Shown in pieces: positions 49,981 through 60,187 of a stretch of 64,000 nt of DNA (position 1 is the stretch's first letter; the number at the start of each line of letters is the position of its first letter). A model generated the notes under the pieces. It was not told where the DNA came from. It did no database searches and saw only the letters and a list, made by a program, of their open reading frames with translations. The stretch is from assembly GCA_946998225.1 (NCBI GenBank), contig CAMPYH010000002.1:31163-95162 (forward strand). The letters are read 5' to 3'. Source of the DNA: an uncultured Clostridiaceae bacterium (GTDB taxonomy: Bacteria; Bacillota; Clostridia; TANB77; CAG-508). The translations under genes were made by a program, and so were the position numbers.

Positions 49981-52900
49981 TTATTTTATTGTTCTTTTTT
50001 TAAGATCTTCTTTCTTTTTTCTTCTTATTAGTAATCTACCAGTAAATGTTAATGTAAGTCCTAGTAGTGAAGATCTCATTAATTTATCTACTCCAGATAC
50101 AGGCATTTTAACTTTTCTTTCATTTATAATTAAAACATCTACATTCTTATCTTTAATAGTTATATCTCTTGAGTTAATTAGAGGTAATTTATAGAACTCT
50201 GCTGCTTTTACTTCTTCTAGTATATAATTTCCTTTATATAGTTTTTCAATTATAATCTCGCCCTTTTCATTTGTTTTAAGTATGCTTCTATCCTTTTTAT
50301 CTACCCATTCATATTTTTTAATTACATTTGTCTTTTCATCTTGCTCAATTACTTTTAAATATTTACCTTCACTAGATAAAACGAATTCTGCATCTTTAAT
50401 ATATGCATTTGGATCTTGAAGACTATTTGGTTTTTCTACATCATAGATTGCCTTATCTACTACATTAATGTATAGATCATGAGATACTTGCTCATTATAG
50501 AATACATAATTAAATTTAGTATTATCTTTAGTTACTTCAAATTTTTGTGTAAAGTCTTCTTTGATGTATCCATCAATTGTTTTTGTTTCTTTTACTTCAT
50601 ACTTACCTATAGGTAGAGTTTTAAACTCAATAAGTCCAATATTATTTGTTACACCTTTTTTAAACTCTTTAAGATTTCCATCTTCTTCTTTATATAAAGT
50701 AAACTCAATTCCTTCAAGAACCTTTTTAGTCTTTCTGTCATACTTAGAAACAGTTAAGCTACCTTCATATGGTTTATTTTCGATAAATCTATCTATCTTA
50801 CCAGTAAATCCTTCAATCTTCTTAAGTGAATTAATATCTATACTTACCGGATTTTTATCTAACATATATCCATCTGCAGCTTGTTTTTCTACAATTGTAT
50901 ATGTGTTTTTATCTGATAGTCCTTTATTTAAATTAATATTTCCTTTTTCATCTGATCTTCTCTCACCGATTAATTTATCGTTTTCATAGAAATCAAATTT
51001 AACATCATTTAAAGGTTTAACTATATCTACAAATCCACCTTTTTCAATCGCTCTTGTACCTTCTAATTCTTTTAGTTTATTTTCCGCATCTTCTTTTGGT
51101 ATATTTGATAGTACCATTTCTCCTTTAACTAGATTAAGGTCTAGTTTTTTAGCTTCAAATAGCACTCCAAATGCTACATTGTTTTCTACAATAGAATTAG
51201 GTCCTTTGTAATAAACTCCATCCTTTGCATAAGATAAATATTTTTGCTCAATTTCATCTTCAGTTATTAAATAATTTATATACTTATCCTTATCAGAATT
51301 AGAATATACATATTCATTTTTAGTTATATTTCTTATTACAAATTTAAAATCTTTTTCTTCTAAAACATAATTATCTGGTTTTTTCGCAATCCTTACAATA
51401 TATGTACCCTGATGTAAATTTTTAAATTTTACTGTTCCATTGTCATCCACTTCTTTTGTATCTATTTTTATTTCTTTTAATCCTTCGACCTTGAATAGAT
51501 CATATTTTGCTCCTTTTACAGATTCAAAGGTTCTTTTCAACTCATATCCTGAATATCTGAATCTTTTTTCTTTAGATAATAAATTTTTAGTAAATATATT
51601 TACTTCTCCTTTTAATTTTTTTTCTTGCACAGGGAAATTAATTCTATTTTCTTTGAATTTCTTTCCATTTAATTCTTCTAATTTACCAGAAGGTGTTAGA
51701 TAAAATTCATATGCTTTATATTCACCTTTATACTTATTATCAAAATCTTCTTCTTTAAAAGAAACTCTGTATTTTCTATCTGTTTTAAGTTCTATATAAC
51801 CATAACCTATTTCTTTCCAAGTATCATATCTATTTGCCCCATGATAGCCAGTTTCAACTTTTATATATTTATTTTGACCATTTTCTTCAACAATCTCCTC
51901 AAATTCTAAATTATTTGTTCGTAATTTTTCTTTATTAAAATTAGATATCTCGGAAATATGTTTATATTTTGATTCGGGTTTATTTGATACTTCATCATCA
52001 AATCCAATTACATTAAATACTACTCTTGCTGTATCATTTACAACTTCAACTTCAGTTGTACCATATGTTCCATTTGTTTCTATATTATTTTTATCAATAT
52101 TTATATTTATTTCTTTTTCTATTGAAACATAATTTGTTTCGCCGTCTTTATTTTTAATGTTTTCTTTAACTTTATATTTACCTTCTTTTAATTTATTAAA
52201 AATGATTTCACCATTTTTGTTTGTCTTAGCTTTGATTTTTATATCTTTGTTATGTTCTTGATCTCCTTCCACATCAAATGCAATTCCTTTTAATGGATTG
52301 CCATTTACATCTTTTTTAATTATTTTTAAATTTCCATAAAGTGGGTAAGCATTTAACACTTCTTTAAGTTCTAATTTTATTTTACCATCTTCAATTTTAA
52401 AGTCTTCTTTTTTTATTATTATTTCTTCATTTGATACTGAATATCCAACTGGTGCTGAAACTTCTCTTATTGTGTAATTTCCAACTTCGATATTCTCAAA
52501 AATGACCTCACCTTTAAAATTAGATACGGCGTTTTTAACAAAGTTACCTTTTTCGTCAATAATATTAAATACAACCCCTTTAAGTCCCTTTGCATTCAAA
52601 ATTTCATTTTTGGTAAATATACTTTCCCAGAAAGATTTTTTATATCCTTTTTTAATAAAGCTTATTGTTCCTTTAGGTGCAGAAATCTTTGCTTTCCTTT
52701 CATCAGTTGATACATATTTTCCATTTGTTAATGTGTCTTTTTTTAAAGCGTCATTACTTATATTTTTTCCTGCTATAAGCAGTCTTTCTTCTACATTCAA
52801 ATCATCTTTTGTATCTACTTTTACATTAAATGTTATATCCACTCTTTCACCAACTTCAAAAGTTCCTTCTTTAAGAAATACTTTGATAGCTGTTACTTTC

Positions 52901-55900
52901 GATAAATCTCCTGGTAAATTTTCTTGCCATATAAGCTTTTTAAGTTTTGGATCAGATATAGAATATTTAACTCCATATTTAGTTTCACTTGGCTCTTTAT
53001 CGTTTATTAACAATTGTCCTAAATATTTTATATTAACATTTGTTCCTCTACTTGATCCTTCTTTTACATCTAATATCGTTTCATTTTGGTTAATATCCAT
53101 AGTTTCAAATGTATATCTTACATCGTTGTTGAATGGTAACACATCTAATACTGATAACGCATCTCTATCTTCAGGTGTTTTATTTAATACACTTATTTTA
53201 TATGAAATAATATCATTTGGATCTAAATTAATATTTCTCTTTGTATAAATACTTCCTTCTTTTGAAACTTTTTGCATTTTATCAACAACAATTTCTTGAG
53301 TTGCAACTAGTTTAAATGATTCAATTTCAATCATTTTTTCTTTTAGAATTGACTCATTATCAAAATCAACTTTAAATATTGAAGAGTATTTTCTATCATC
53401 CATCATATTACTAGTTTTGGTATTTACACTAGCGAACTTTCCACCCTTAAATTTGAAATTGTCTGCCGTAAAAACAATCGCTGAGTTTTGTTTTCCCTCA
53501 TATCTATCTATAATTTCATATTTTGCTGACATTGATTTTTTGAAATCATCAACTACTTTTATTTCTTCAATATCAATTCCATCAGGAAGTTCTAATACTG
53601 CTTTAAAATTTTTAAGATCTTCTTCATTACCATATGTATTAGCTAAATTTATATTAAGATTATATATTCCACGTGTTCCAGCTAAAACATGATTTTCCTT
53701 ATTATAAGCTGTATCTATTCCATTTATATCTATATTTGCTTTTTTAGGTATATGTTTAATTTTAATAGAATCTGTATCTGATAATTGAGTTCCGTCATAA
53801 TATACATTCACACTTTGATAAAAATTTTCTTCTTGTTCTTCTAATACTTTTAAGTCTTTTAAAACGATGAAATCTTCTCTAACATTTACTTTTGTTTGAT
53901 ATGACATAAAAAGCTTTTCATACGCACCATCTATTTCTATTATGTAATAATCTATATCATCTATATTTTTAAATTGGTATGTAGATTTTTTATTAATTAC
54001 TACATGTTCCTCAGAAAGAAGAATATCTTCATCAGAAGGATCGTGTTTTCCTCTTTTAAATTTATATTCTTTAATGACTGCATTAGGAGATATCTCAATC
54101 TCATTTTCTTTATTAATTTGGTAAAAAGATATATTCTTAAAAATCAATCTTTTATCTAAATTTTTTTCTAGTATTTTTAAATTTTTTATTTTTTTATTAT
54201 CTCTATTCAAATAAATTGATGAATTATAGTGTAAATCTCTATTCCCTTTCAACCAAGGTTCATACAAAACGTTTGAACCACTTTTACGTACTTTATCTTG
54301 GTTTGGTATCACTATGTCTGGTCTTTGATATTTATGCAATTTAGCTACACGTATGCTTCCTTGCTTTGAGAGAACTATTTCTTTCTCATCTGACCTTTTG
54401 TTTAAAACATTTACTTTTGCATTAAGTACATAATTTATATCTTGCCCGATTTTTAATTTTTTTGTATCGATTATAAAAGGTGGGATAGTTTTTCCTTTAG
54501 CAGTAATTATATATTTTTTATCATCAACTTTCTTCCAATTAGATCCAATAAATTTAGGATTAATATTTTCTTCGCTTCCATTATCATCAATATACGTTAC
54601 GTCTTCTAATATAATTTCATAATCTACAGTATCAACATCTCTATCATAAAGTAAGGATCCCGCTAAATTAAGTCTATTATCTTCATCTATAGAAACCCTT
54701 TCTTTTTGTAAAATTGTCTCATATGGAGTATATATTACCGTATATCCATTTTCTAAGCGTGGTTCTATGTATTTAACTTTTATGTTTTGTCCATTTGCTT
54801 TTGCGATTATTTTATTTTCCTTTATAATATCTAAATAAGATTTAATATTGGCATTATCAGGTGATAATCCTTTTTTTAATTTAAATAATATAGGTTGAAC
54901 TATACTTCTTCCAGCTGATATCGTATTTAAATTAAATTCTATAAATCCATTTTCAATTTTTGACTTTTTTATTGGACCATCTGGTAATCTTACTGTCTTA
55001 AAATCAATTAATGAATCCTCTATATAAAATCTCATTTTTGCATCTGATAAATCTTTATTTTTTATATCAATTTTTATATTCGCTCTTATTTCATCATCTA
55101 TTTTATATTCTTGTACAGGATAATCTAAACTCAAAATTATATTATCTGTATCAGGCTCGTATATTTCTTTAATATATTTTATTTCAAATTCAATAAAACC
55201 TTTTTTTCTATCTTCCGCAGTTAGTTTTTTCCCTGCAAATGTAACTTCATTCTTTATCTCCGGAATATATCCTGGAATTTTTGGCACGTCTAACTCACAC
55301 TTGCTTCCATCTGTTAGTTTAATTTTATCAGGTAATAATTTATTCTTATTCTCATCTACATACAGTATTTTCAATTCAATGGGATCTACAATACGTCCGT
55401 ATCCTTCTCTTATATTATTTGGGTTATTTCCGGAAACCGTCCTTAATATAGCTTGTTTAGTACTACCATTTTCTGCTTTTAATCCAAAAGCACCTTGATC
55501 TATTATTTCTACACTATCAGATATTTTTATCTCATCTTTAATTAGATTATGTGCAAATGAATTTCCTTGAATATCTTTTAAATTTATCAGAGTAGATAAA
55601 TCTAAATTTGTAATTTTGTTATTTTCCATAAACAAATGCATTGATTTTAAATTATGTAATTTTTTAAAAGAAAAATCACTTATTTCATTATTACTAAAAC
55701 CACCTATAAGCTCAAGGTTGTCTAATTCATCTAGATTTAAAGCTTTTAAACGATTATTCCAAAATCCGTACAAATGACGCAATTTTTTATTTTGACTTAA
55801 ATTTAAATCAGAAATCATATTATATTCAAACCCTGATATGCGCTCTAAATTAATGTTTTTAGTAAAATCAACACCAGATATATTATTACTTCCAAATCCA

Positions 55901-58884
55901 TCTATTAACTTTAATTTTATATTGTTTGAAATATTCAAATTATTTATTTGATTATTTTCAAATGCATTTTCTTCAGCACTTAGACCAAATAAGTCATCAT
56001 CTTCAACTCTACCTATTTTTTCCAAATTAGTATTTGTTGAAAAATCTAAATTTTCTATTGCTTGATCATTAAACCCAGATATTTCCTTTAGATTTGTTAA
56101 TCCATTAAGATTTAATTCACTGATTAAAATTTGATTTCTATAATAGTGTTCTCCATTAAACCCATGAATATATTCTAATTTTTTATTATTTGAAAAATCT
56201 ATCTTTCTTTTTTGTATTGCATTAAAAGCGTCTATGTATCTCAAATTTGGTAATACAGAAAAATCTAATTCGTCATATCTAAAATCATATTTTTTATCAG
56301 CTTTCTCCATACCAAAATCGTACATTAATTGGTTTAATCCAAAAGCATTATCAAAAACACGATATCCTTCAATCGTTTCTTTCCCTATTTCTTCTAAAGA
56401 AACGCAACCAGTGAACTTTACCTCTTCTATTGCAGCATGAACGAATGCACCGTTACCTATAATTTTTAAATTTTGGCAATTTTCTAAATTAACTTTTTTT
56501 GAGTATATATTAGTAAAAGCTCCGTCCCCAATAAACTCTAAATTTTTACATCCACTTAAATTTATTTCATCTGAAAATTTATTATTCATCATCTCATAAT
56601 TAGGGCTAAAAGTATTTTCATAATTTGAAAATGACGAAGGCCCAATTTTTTTTAATTTCTTCAAATTAGAAAAATCCAAATTATTTTTAAATTTTTGATT
56701 AACAAAACAAAACGCTTCGATTTCTTCAACATTTTCTAATTTATCTATAATAAATTCTTTAGCAAAATTATTACAAAATGATCCATTATCGATATGTTTT
56801 AATGATTTGAGTTTGGAAAGATCTATTTTTTTTAACATCAATTTACTAAATGAATTTTCTCCAATATATTCTAATTTATCACAATTTTCAAAATTAATTT
56901 CACCATAATTTAAAATTTCATAATCAACCATGTAATTATAATCAGGAGTTTCATTATATGCAAAGTTATCTGAAGCTAGATATCGTAAATTACTACAGCC
57001 ATTGAAATTTATATTTATTATAGCATTACATGGTTGATATTCATCTTTATTTAATGTAATCGCATTTGGTCCTATTAACTCCAACTTCTTCATAGGTGAT
57101 AAATTTATATCTAATTTTTTATTTTCACCAGTTGAGCTAGGTTCTATTTTAAAATTTATAGCCTTATGCCCTAGGTATTTTACATTATTCATATTTCTAA
57201 AATCCACTGTAGCACAATTCATCGTTGGCAGCTCATCTATTCCATATGTTTTTAATTCTTTATCTAATTCTGCTTCAAAAATTTCGCTTTGCTTATATCT
57301 GTTCTCTCTTTCGTTCTCATTAATTAAAAATACTAATTCCGAATCTAATTCACTTGTGTTTTTTTCTTTTGCATACACACCTATTTGTGTAATCTTTTTA
57401 AGATCACTATATCTAGCTGAAGTATCATCAGGCATAACACCAGGAAGTATTAAGTCATGATTTGTTTCTGCTTTTTTGTATCCTTGTTCACTATATCCTA
57501 AAAGAACATTCTCTCCTTCTGGAGAAACAGCATACTTGAAGTCTCCTAAAGTCCAACCACCACCTATTGGATACTCATACCAATTTAATGCAACAGGTAT
57601 TTCAACTTCTTTTGTGCTAGCAAAGCCAAATTCATTTTCAGCTTTATATGTTACTTTCTTTAATCCACCTGTAGCTGTATCTAGAGTTTCTGGAGTTACT
57701 GTAAGGTTTATATTTTCTGCTTTAAATCCTGCTACGTCTTCTACAGTTACAAAAGATAAAAGTCTTTCTTTATCTACTTTTTCATTTAATTTTAAGTTAG
57801 GGATATTATTTTCTTTTATTACTGGTTCTTTTTTGATGTTGTAATATATTACTTCTAAAACAAAACCATCTTTATCTGGAGTAAAATCTAGTTTACTCTT
57901 TGTGTTATATCCATATATTTTTTCAGGTATAAATGTATTTGGTTCATTAAGTATGAATACTTCGTTTTCTTTACTTAAATCATCTCCAAGTATTTTACTT
58001 GGCATTAATTCAGATTTTTCATTTGGTTTTGTAACATCTTCTATTCCCGTATATTTAACTTCAATATATACAGGGTTTACGATATGACCAAAAGAGCCTT
58101 TAATTTTTTCAGATTTAATTAAAGGATTTTTTGTTTCAACTTTTACATATCTGCCATTTTTTGTAAAAACTGTTTGTCCAAAAGTTTTTACGCTCTCAGG
58201 AATTTGTACTTTTACTAAATTGTTTTGCTCAAAAGCACTATTTCCAATTACATTTAAAGTATTATTAAGTTTTACTTCACTTAAATTGTTATTTGCAAAT
58301 GCTCCTAAGTTTATTTTTAATAGTTTTGTATTTAAAGATAAATCTAATTTTTCAAGTTTATTATCTCTAAATGCATAATTTCCTATTTCTTTTAAACTTG
58401 CAGGAAGACTAATGCTTGTTAGATTATTATTTGCAAAAGCATATTCTTCTACTATTTCAATTCCATCAGAAAGTGCAAGTGCATTAATCTTTTCCTTTTG
58501 GAAAGCATGTGCTTTTATTCCTTTAACTGTCTTTTCATCTATCTTTCCTGGAACTTTTAAATTAAAGCTTCCTGCTTTTAATTTTTCCTTTCCTTTTTCT
58601 GTTAAAGAAGATATATATATTTGTCCTTCTTTTTCTTCATATTTAAAATCTTCTTTTGTATATGTACTAAAAACAATTGGTGCTTTTAGTGCTATTTTAT
58701 TTTGTCTTCTTATACTAAATATATTTTCTTTGTTTTTAAAAACAAAAGAAAACAAAAACATCATTAGAAAAAGCACCATTAAAAGATTAAGCAAGCCTAT
58801 CTTCTTAACTTTTTTAGTGCTATTTTTTCTATTTTCACGTTTTATTTTTAGCTGTATTTTTTTATTTTCTCTTTCCTTTTCCAT
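49981..58884 (-). CDS. Giant (2967 aa) cell-surface adhesin: signal peptide, BspA-type leucine-rich repeats, many Cna-B/prealbumin-like beta-sandwich modules, C-terminal sortase-type sorting signal
   Basis: N-terminal signal/TM. About 25 LRR units of the form NLKxIGxxAFxxNxLxxVxLP. Repeated about 90-aa modules with G(K/E)Y(K/T)(V/I)xE signatures. C-terminus KMPVSGVDKLMRSSLLGLTLTFTGRLLIRRKKKED (motif, hydrophobic stretch, basic tail). Confidence 0.85.
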   Translation of the reverse strand: MEKERENKKIQLKIKRENRKNSTKKVKKIGLLNLLMVLFLMMFLFSFVFKNKENIFSIRRQNKIALKAPIVFSTYTKEDFKYEEKEGQIYISSLTEKGKEKLKAGSFNLKVPGKIDEKTVKGIKAHAFQKEKINALALSDGIEIVEEYAFANNNLTSISLPASLKEIGNYAFRDNKLEKLDLSLNTKLLKINLGAFANNNLSEVKLNNTLNVIGNSAFEQNNLVKVQIPESVKTFGQTVFTKNGRYVKVETKNPLIKSEKIKGSFGHIVNPVYIEVKYTGIEDVTKPNEKSELMPSKILGDDLSKENEVFILNEPNTFIPEKIYGYNTKSKLDFTPDKDGFVLEVIYYNIKKEPVIKENNIPNLKLNEKVDKERLLSFVTVEDVAGFKAENINLTVTPETLDTATGGLKKVTYKAENEFGFASTKEVEIPVALNWYEYPIGGGWTLGDFKYAVSPEGENVLLGYSEQGYKKAETNHDLILPGVMPDDTSARYSDLKKITQIGVYAKEKNTSELDSELVFLINENERENRYKQSEIFEAELDKELKTYGIDELPTMNCATVDFRNMNNVKYLGHKAINFKIEPSSTGENKKLDINLSPMKKLELIGPNAITLNKDEYQPCNAIININFNGCSNLRYLASDNFAYNETPDYNYMVDYEILNYGEINFENCDKLEYIGENSFSKLMLKKIDLSKLKSLKHIDNGSFCNNFAKEFIIDKLENVEEIEAFCFVNQKFKNNLDFSNLKKLKKIGPSSFSNYENTFSPNYEMMNNKFSDEINLSGCKNLEFIGDGAFTNIYSKKVNLENCQNLKIIGNGAFVHAAIEEVKFTGCVSLEEIGKETIEGYRVFDNAFGLNQLMYDFGMEKADKKYDFRYDELDFSVLPNLRYIDAFNAIQKRKIDFSNNKKLEYIHGFNGEHYYRNQILISELNLNGLTNLKEISGFNDQAIENLDFSTNTNLEKIGRVEDDDLFGLSAEENAFENNQINNLNISNNIKLKLIDGFGSNNISGVDFTKNINLERISGFEYNMISDLNLSQNKKLRHLYGFWNNRLKALNLDELDNLELIGGFSNNEISDFSFKKLHNLKSMHLFMENNKITNLDLSTLINLKDIQGNSFAHNLIKDEIKISDSVEIIDQGAFGLKAENGSTKQAILRTVSGNNPNNIREGYGRIVDPIELKILYVDENKNKLLPDKIKLTDGSKCELDVPKIPGYIPEIKNEVTFAGKKLTAEDRKKGFIEFEIKYIKEIYEPDTDNIILSLDYPVQEYKIDDEIRANIKIDIKNKDLSDAKMRFYIEDSLIDFKTVRLPDGPIKKSKIENGFIEFNLNTISAGRSIVQPILFKLKKGLSPDNANIKSYLDIIKENKIIAKANGQNIKVKYIEPRLENGYTVIYTPYETILQKERVSIDEDNRLNLAGSLLYDRDVDTVDYEIILEDVTYIDDNGSEENINPKFIGSNWKKVDDKKYIITAKGKTIPPFIIDTKKLKIGQDINYVLNAKVNVLNKRSDEKEIVLSKQGSIRVAKLHKYQRPDIVIPNQDKVRKSGSNVLYEPWLKGNRDLHYNSSIYLNRDNKKIKNLKILEKNLDKRLIFKNISFYQINKENEIEISPNAVIKEYKFKRGKHDPSDEDILLSEEHVVINKKSTYQFKNIDDIDYYIIEIDGAYEKLFMSYQTKVNVREDFIVLKDLKVLEEQEENFYQSVNVYYDGTQLSDTDSIKIKHIPKKANIDINGIDTAYNKENHVLAGTRGIYNLNINLANTYGNEEDLKNFKAVLELPDGIDIEEIKVVDDFKKSMSAKYEIIDRYEGKQNSAIVFTADNFKFKGGKFASVNTKTSNMMDDRKYSSIFKVDFDNESILKEKMIEIESFKLVATQEIVVDKMQKVSKEGSIYTKRNINLDPNDIISYKISVLNKTPEDRDALSVLDVLPFNNDVRYTFETMDINQNETILDVKEGSSRGTNVNIKYLGQLLINDKEPSETKYGVKYSISDPKLKKLIWQENLPGDLSKVTAIKVFLKEGTFEVGERVDITFNVKVDTKDDLNVEERLLIAGKNISNDALKKDTLTNGKYVSTDERKAKISAPKGTISFIKKGYKKSFWESIFTKNEILNAKGLKGVVFNIIDEKGNFVKNAVSNFKGEVIFENIEVGNYTIREVSAPVGYSVSNEEIIIKKEDFKIEDGKIKLELKEVLNAYPLYGNLKIIKKDVNGNPLKGIAFDVEGDQEHNKDIKIKAKTNKNGEIIFNKLKEGKYKVKENIKNKDGETNYVSIEKEININIDKNNIETNGTYGTTEVEVVNDTARVVFNVIGFDDEVSNKPESKYKHISEISNFNKEKLRTNNLEFEEIVEENGQNKYIKVETGYHGANRYDTWKEIGYGYIELKTDRKYRVSFKEEDFDNKYKGEYKAYEFYLTPSGKLEELNGKKFKENRINFPVQEKKLKGEVNIFTKNLLSKEKRFRYSGYELKRTFESVKGAKYDLFKVEGLKEIKIDTKEVDDNGTVKFKNLHQGTYIVRIAKKPDNYVLEEKDFKFVIRNITKNEYVYSNSDKDKYINYLITEDEIEQKYLSYAKDGVYYKGPNSIVENNVAFGVLFEAKKLDLNLVKGEMVLSNIPKEDAENKLKELEGTRAIEKGGFVDIVKPLNDVKFDFYENDKLIGERRSDEKGNINLNKGLSDKNTYTIVEKQAADGYMLDKNPVSIDINSLKKIEGFTGKIDRFIENKPYEGSLTVSKYDRKTKKVLEGIEFTLYKEEDGNLKEFKKGVTNNIGLIEFKTLPIGKYEVKETKTIDGYIKEDFTQKFEVTKDNTKFNYVFYNEQVSHDLYINVVDKAIYDVEKPNSLQDPNAYIKDAEFVLSSEGKYLKVIEQDEKTNVIKKYEWVDKKDRSILKTNEKGEIIIEKLYKGNYILEEVKAAEFYKLPLINSRDITIKDKNVDVLIINERKVKMPVSGVDKLMRSSLLGLTLTFTGRLLIRRKKKEDLKKRTIK

Positions 58885-59010
58885 TTTTTCCCTTCTTAAT
58901 TTATATTTTCTTTACCTTAAATATACTACATAATTAAGTAGAAAAAAGTTTTTTTACACTTAGATGTATAAATTTAATATTATTGTAAAAATTAAAAATT
59001 GTTCAAAAAA

Positions 59011-59039
59011 TTGACCTAGTTTACATAAAAGTGTATAAT
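59011..59039 (+). promoter_or_regulatory. Consensus sigma-A promoter for the 59105 gene
   Basis: TTGACC (59011-59016), 17-nt spacer ending TG, TATAAT (59034-59039). Confidence 0.7.
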
Positions 59040-59061
59040 ATAATTGTAGTAAAAATATAGA

Positions 59062-59081
59062 TTTAGTTAGACTTAACTAAA
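59062..59081 (+). promoter_or_regulatory. Perfect 8-bp inverted repeat (operator-like) in the 5' UTR
   Basis: TTTAGTTA gact TAACTAAA, between the -10 and the RBS (AGAGGT). Confidence 0.5.
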
Positions 59082-59104
59082 CAAGAGAAAAGAGGTTATA
59101 ATTT

Positions 59105-59848
59105 ATGTTAAAAAAGAACTACAAGATGATGGACATCTACAAAGACGGCTCTGCATTCCACATGGATGCACTTTTCGAAGGACCAATCTCAAGCTTTTTG
59201 TCAGCAGACAAAATCATTAGAAGCGCAGTTTTAACTGCAAAACAAAACGGTGTTGATGTACTTCAATTCAAAATTAGAAGTTTTTCAACAGTAATACGAG
59301 CAAAAGGCAAAATGGGAAGACATTTCACAGTTGCTAAACACATCTTTACAACAGGGCTTTCAATAGCACTAATTTGTAAATATGCACTTGAACTTAACCA
59401 ACAAGTTGAATTTGAATTCAAAGAACTAGGAAATTTAACACTCCCATTTAACCCATCACTATCTGGATACAAATCTTATGGATTTGGAAAAGAAGTAAAA
59501 CTCTTAAAAATTTATGCTGATAATGATTCACCAGTTGGCTCTAGTGTAACAGCTTTATATGGTTCATATGATGAACTAATGAAATCTGGATATCCTCTAC
59601 TATTTATACAAGATAGGATAAACGAGGTACTAAATGAGCTTAAAGATAACAATTTAGTCTTTTATGCAAACTTACCAATGATTGAAAATCCAGCTTATGA
59701 AACAAGACTTGCAAACTATACTTATTATAGTATTGCATACCTATTAAACGAATGCATGCAAAGAGGAATTGATATCTCAACACATCACAAAAAAGAAGGT
59801 GAAGCATTCCCTTGGACAGAAGCCATTAACCTAAACAATATGATGTAA
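59105..59848 (+). CDS. Hypothetical protein (247 aa) with atypical composition and codon usage
   Basis: GC is about 38% against an about 25% background. Strong preference for C-ending NNY codons (aac, tac, ttc, atc, gac, cac). Consensus promoter, good RBS, own terminator. No signal peptide and no recognised motif. Confidence 0.6.
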   Translation: MLKKNYKMMDIYKDGSAFHMDALFEGPISSFLSADKIIRSAVLTAKQNGVDVLQFKIRSFSTVIRAKGKMGRHFTVAKHIFTTGLSIALICKYALELNQQVEFEFKELGNLTLPFNPSLSGYKSYGFGKEVKLLKIYADNDSPVGSSVTALYGSYDELMKSGYPLLFIQDRINEVLNELKDNNLVFYANLPMIENPAYETRLANYTYYSIAYLLNECMQRGIDISTHHKKEGEAFPWTEAINLNNMM

Positions 59849-59866
59849 TCATTAACTAAAAGAATA

Positions 59867-59892
59867 AAAGAAGCAATTTGCTTCTTTTTTCT
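59867..59892 (+). terminator. Rho-independent terminator after the 247-aa gene
   Basis: aaagaagca / tgcttcttt hairpin followed by a T-run. Confidence 0.6.
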
Positions 59893-60150
59893 TTTCCTTA
59901 CTTATATTCTTTTTTCTTATTTATTTCTTTTTTTATTATTTATTTCTTATTTTTTCTTTTGTTTATTCCTTTTCTTTTTTTCTTTTATTTTCTTTTTTGT
60001 TGTTTTTCTTTTTATTATTTTAATTATTTTCTTATATTATCCTTTTATTTGTTTCTTATTTATCTTTGTCTATTTATATTTTATTTCTCTTTTTTTTACA
60101 TTTTTATTTCATTTTTCTTTTCATTTATTTTATAGCATTTTTTTTAATCT
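59880..60150 (+). repeat. About 270-nt strand-asymmetric T/C-rich low-complexity tract (nearly G-free, A-poor on the + strand)
   Basis: cttttccttacttatattcttttttcttatttatttcttttttt... It yields the spurious F/L-rich ORF 59878..60135. Confidence 0.7.
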
Positions 60151-60187
60151 TTTGATATTATATTATTTGTTTATTAGGAGAAACGCT

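Noticed and set aside
59878-60135. 85-aa F/L-rich ORF
   Set aside because: It is a translation of the polypyrimidine tract and consists almost entirely of Phe/Leu/Ile/Ser; it is not a plausible protein.
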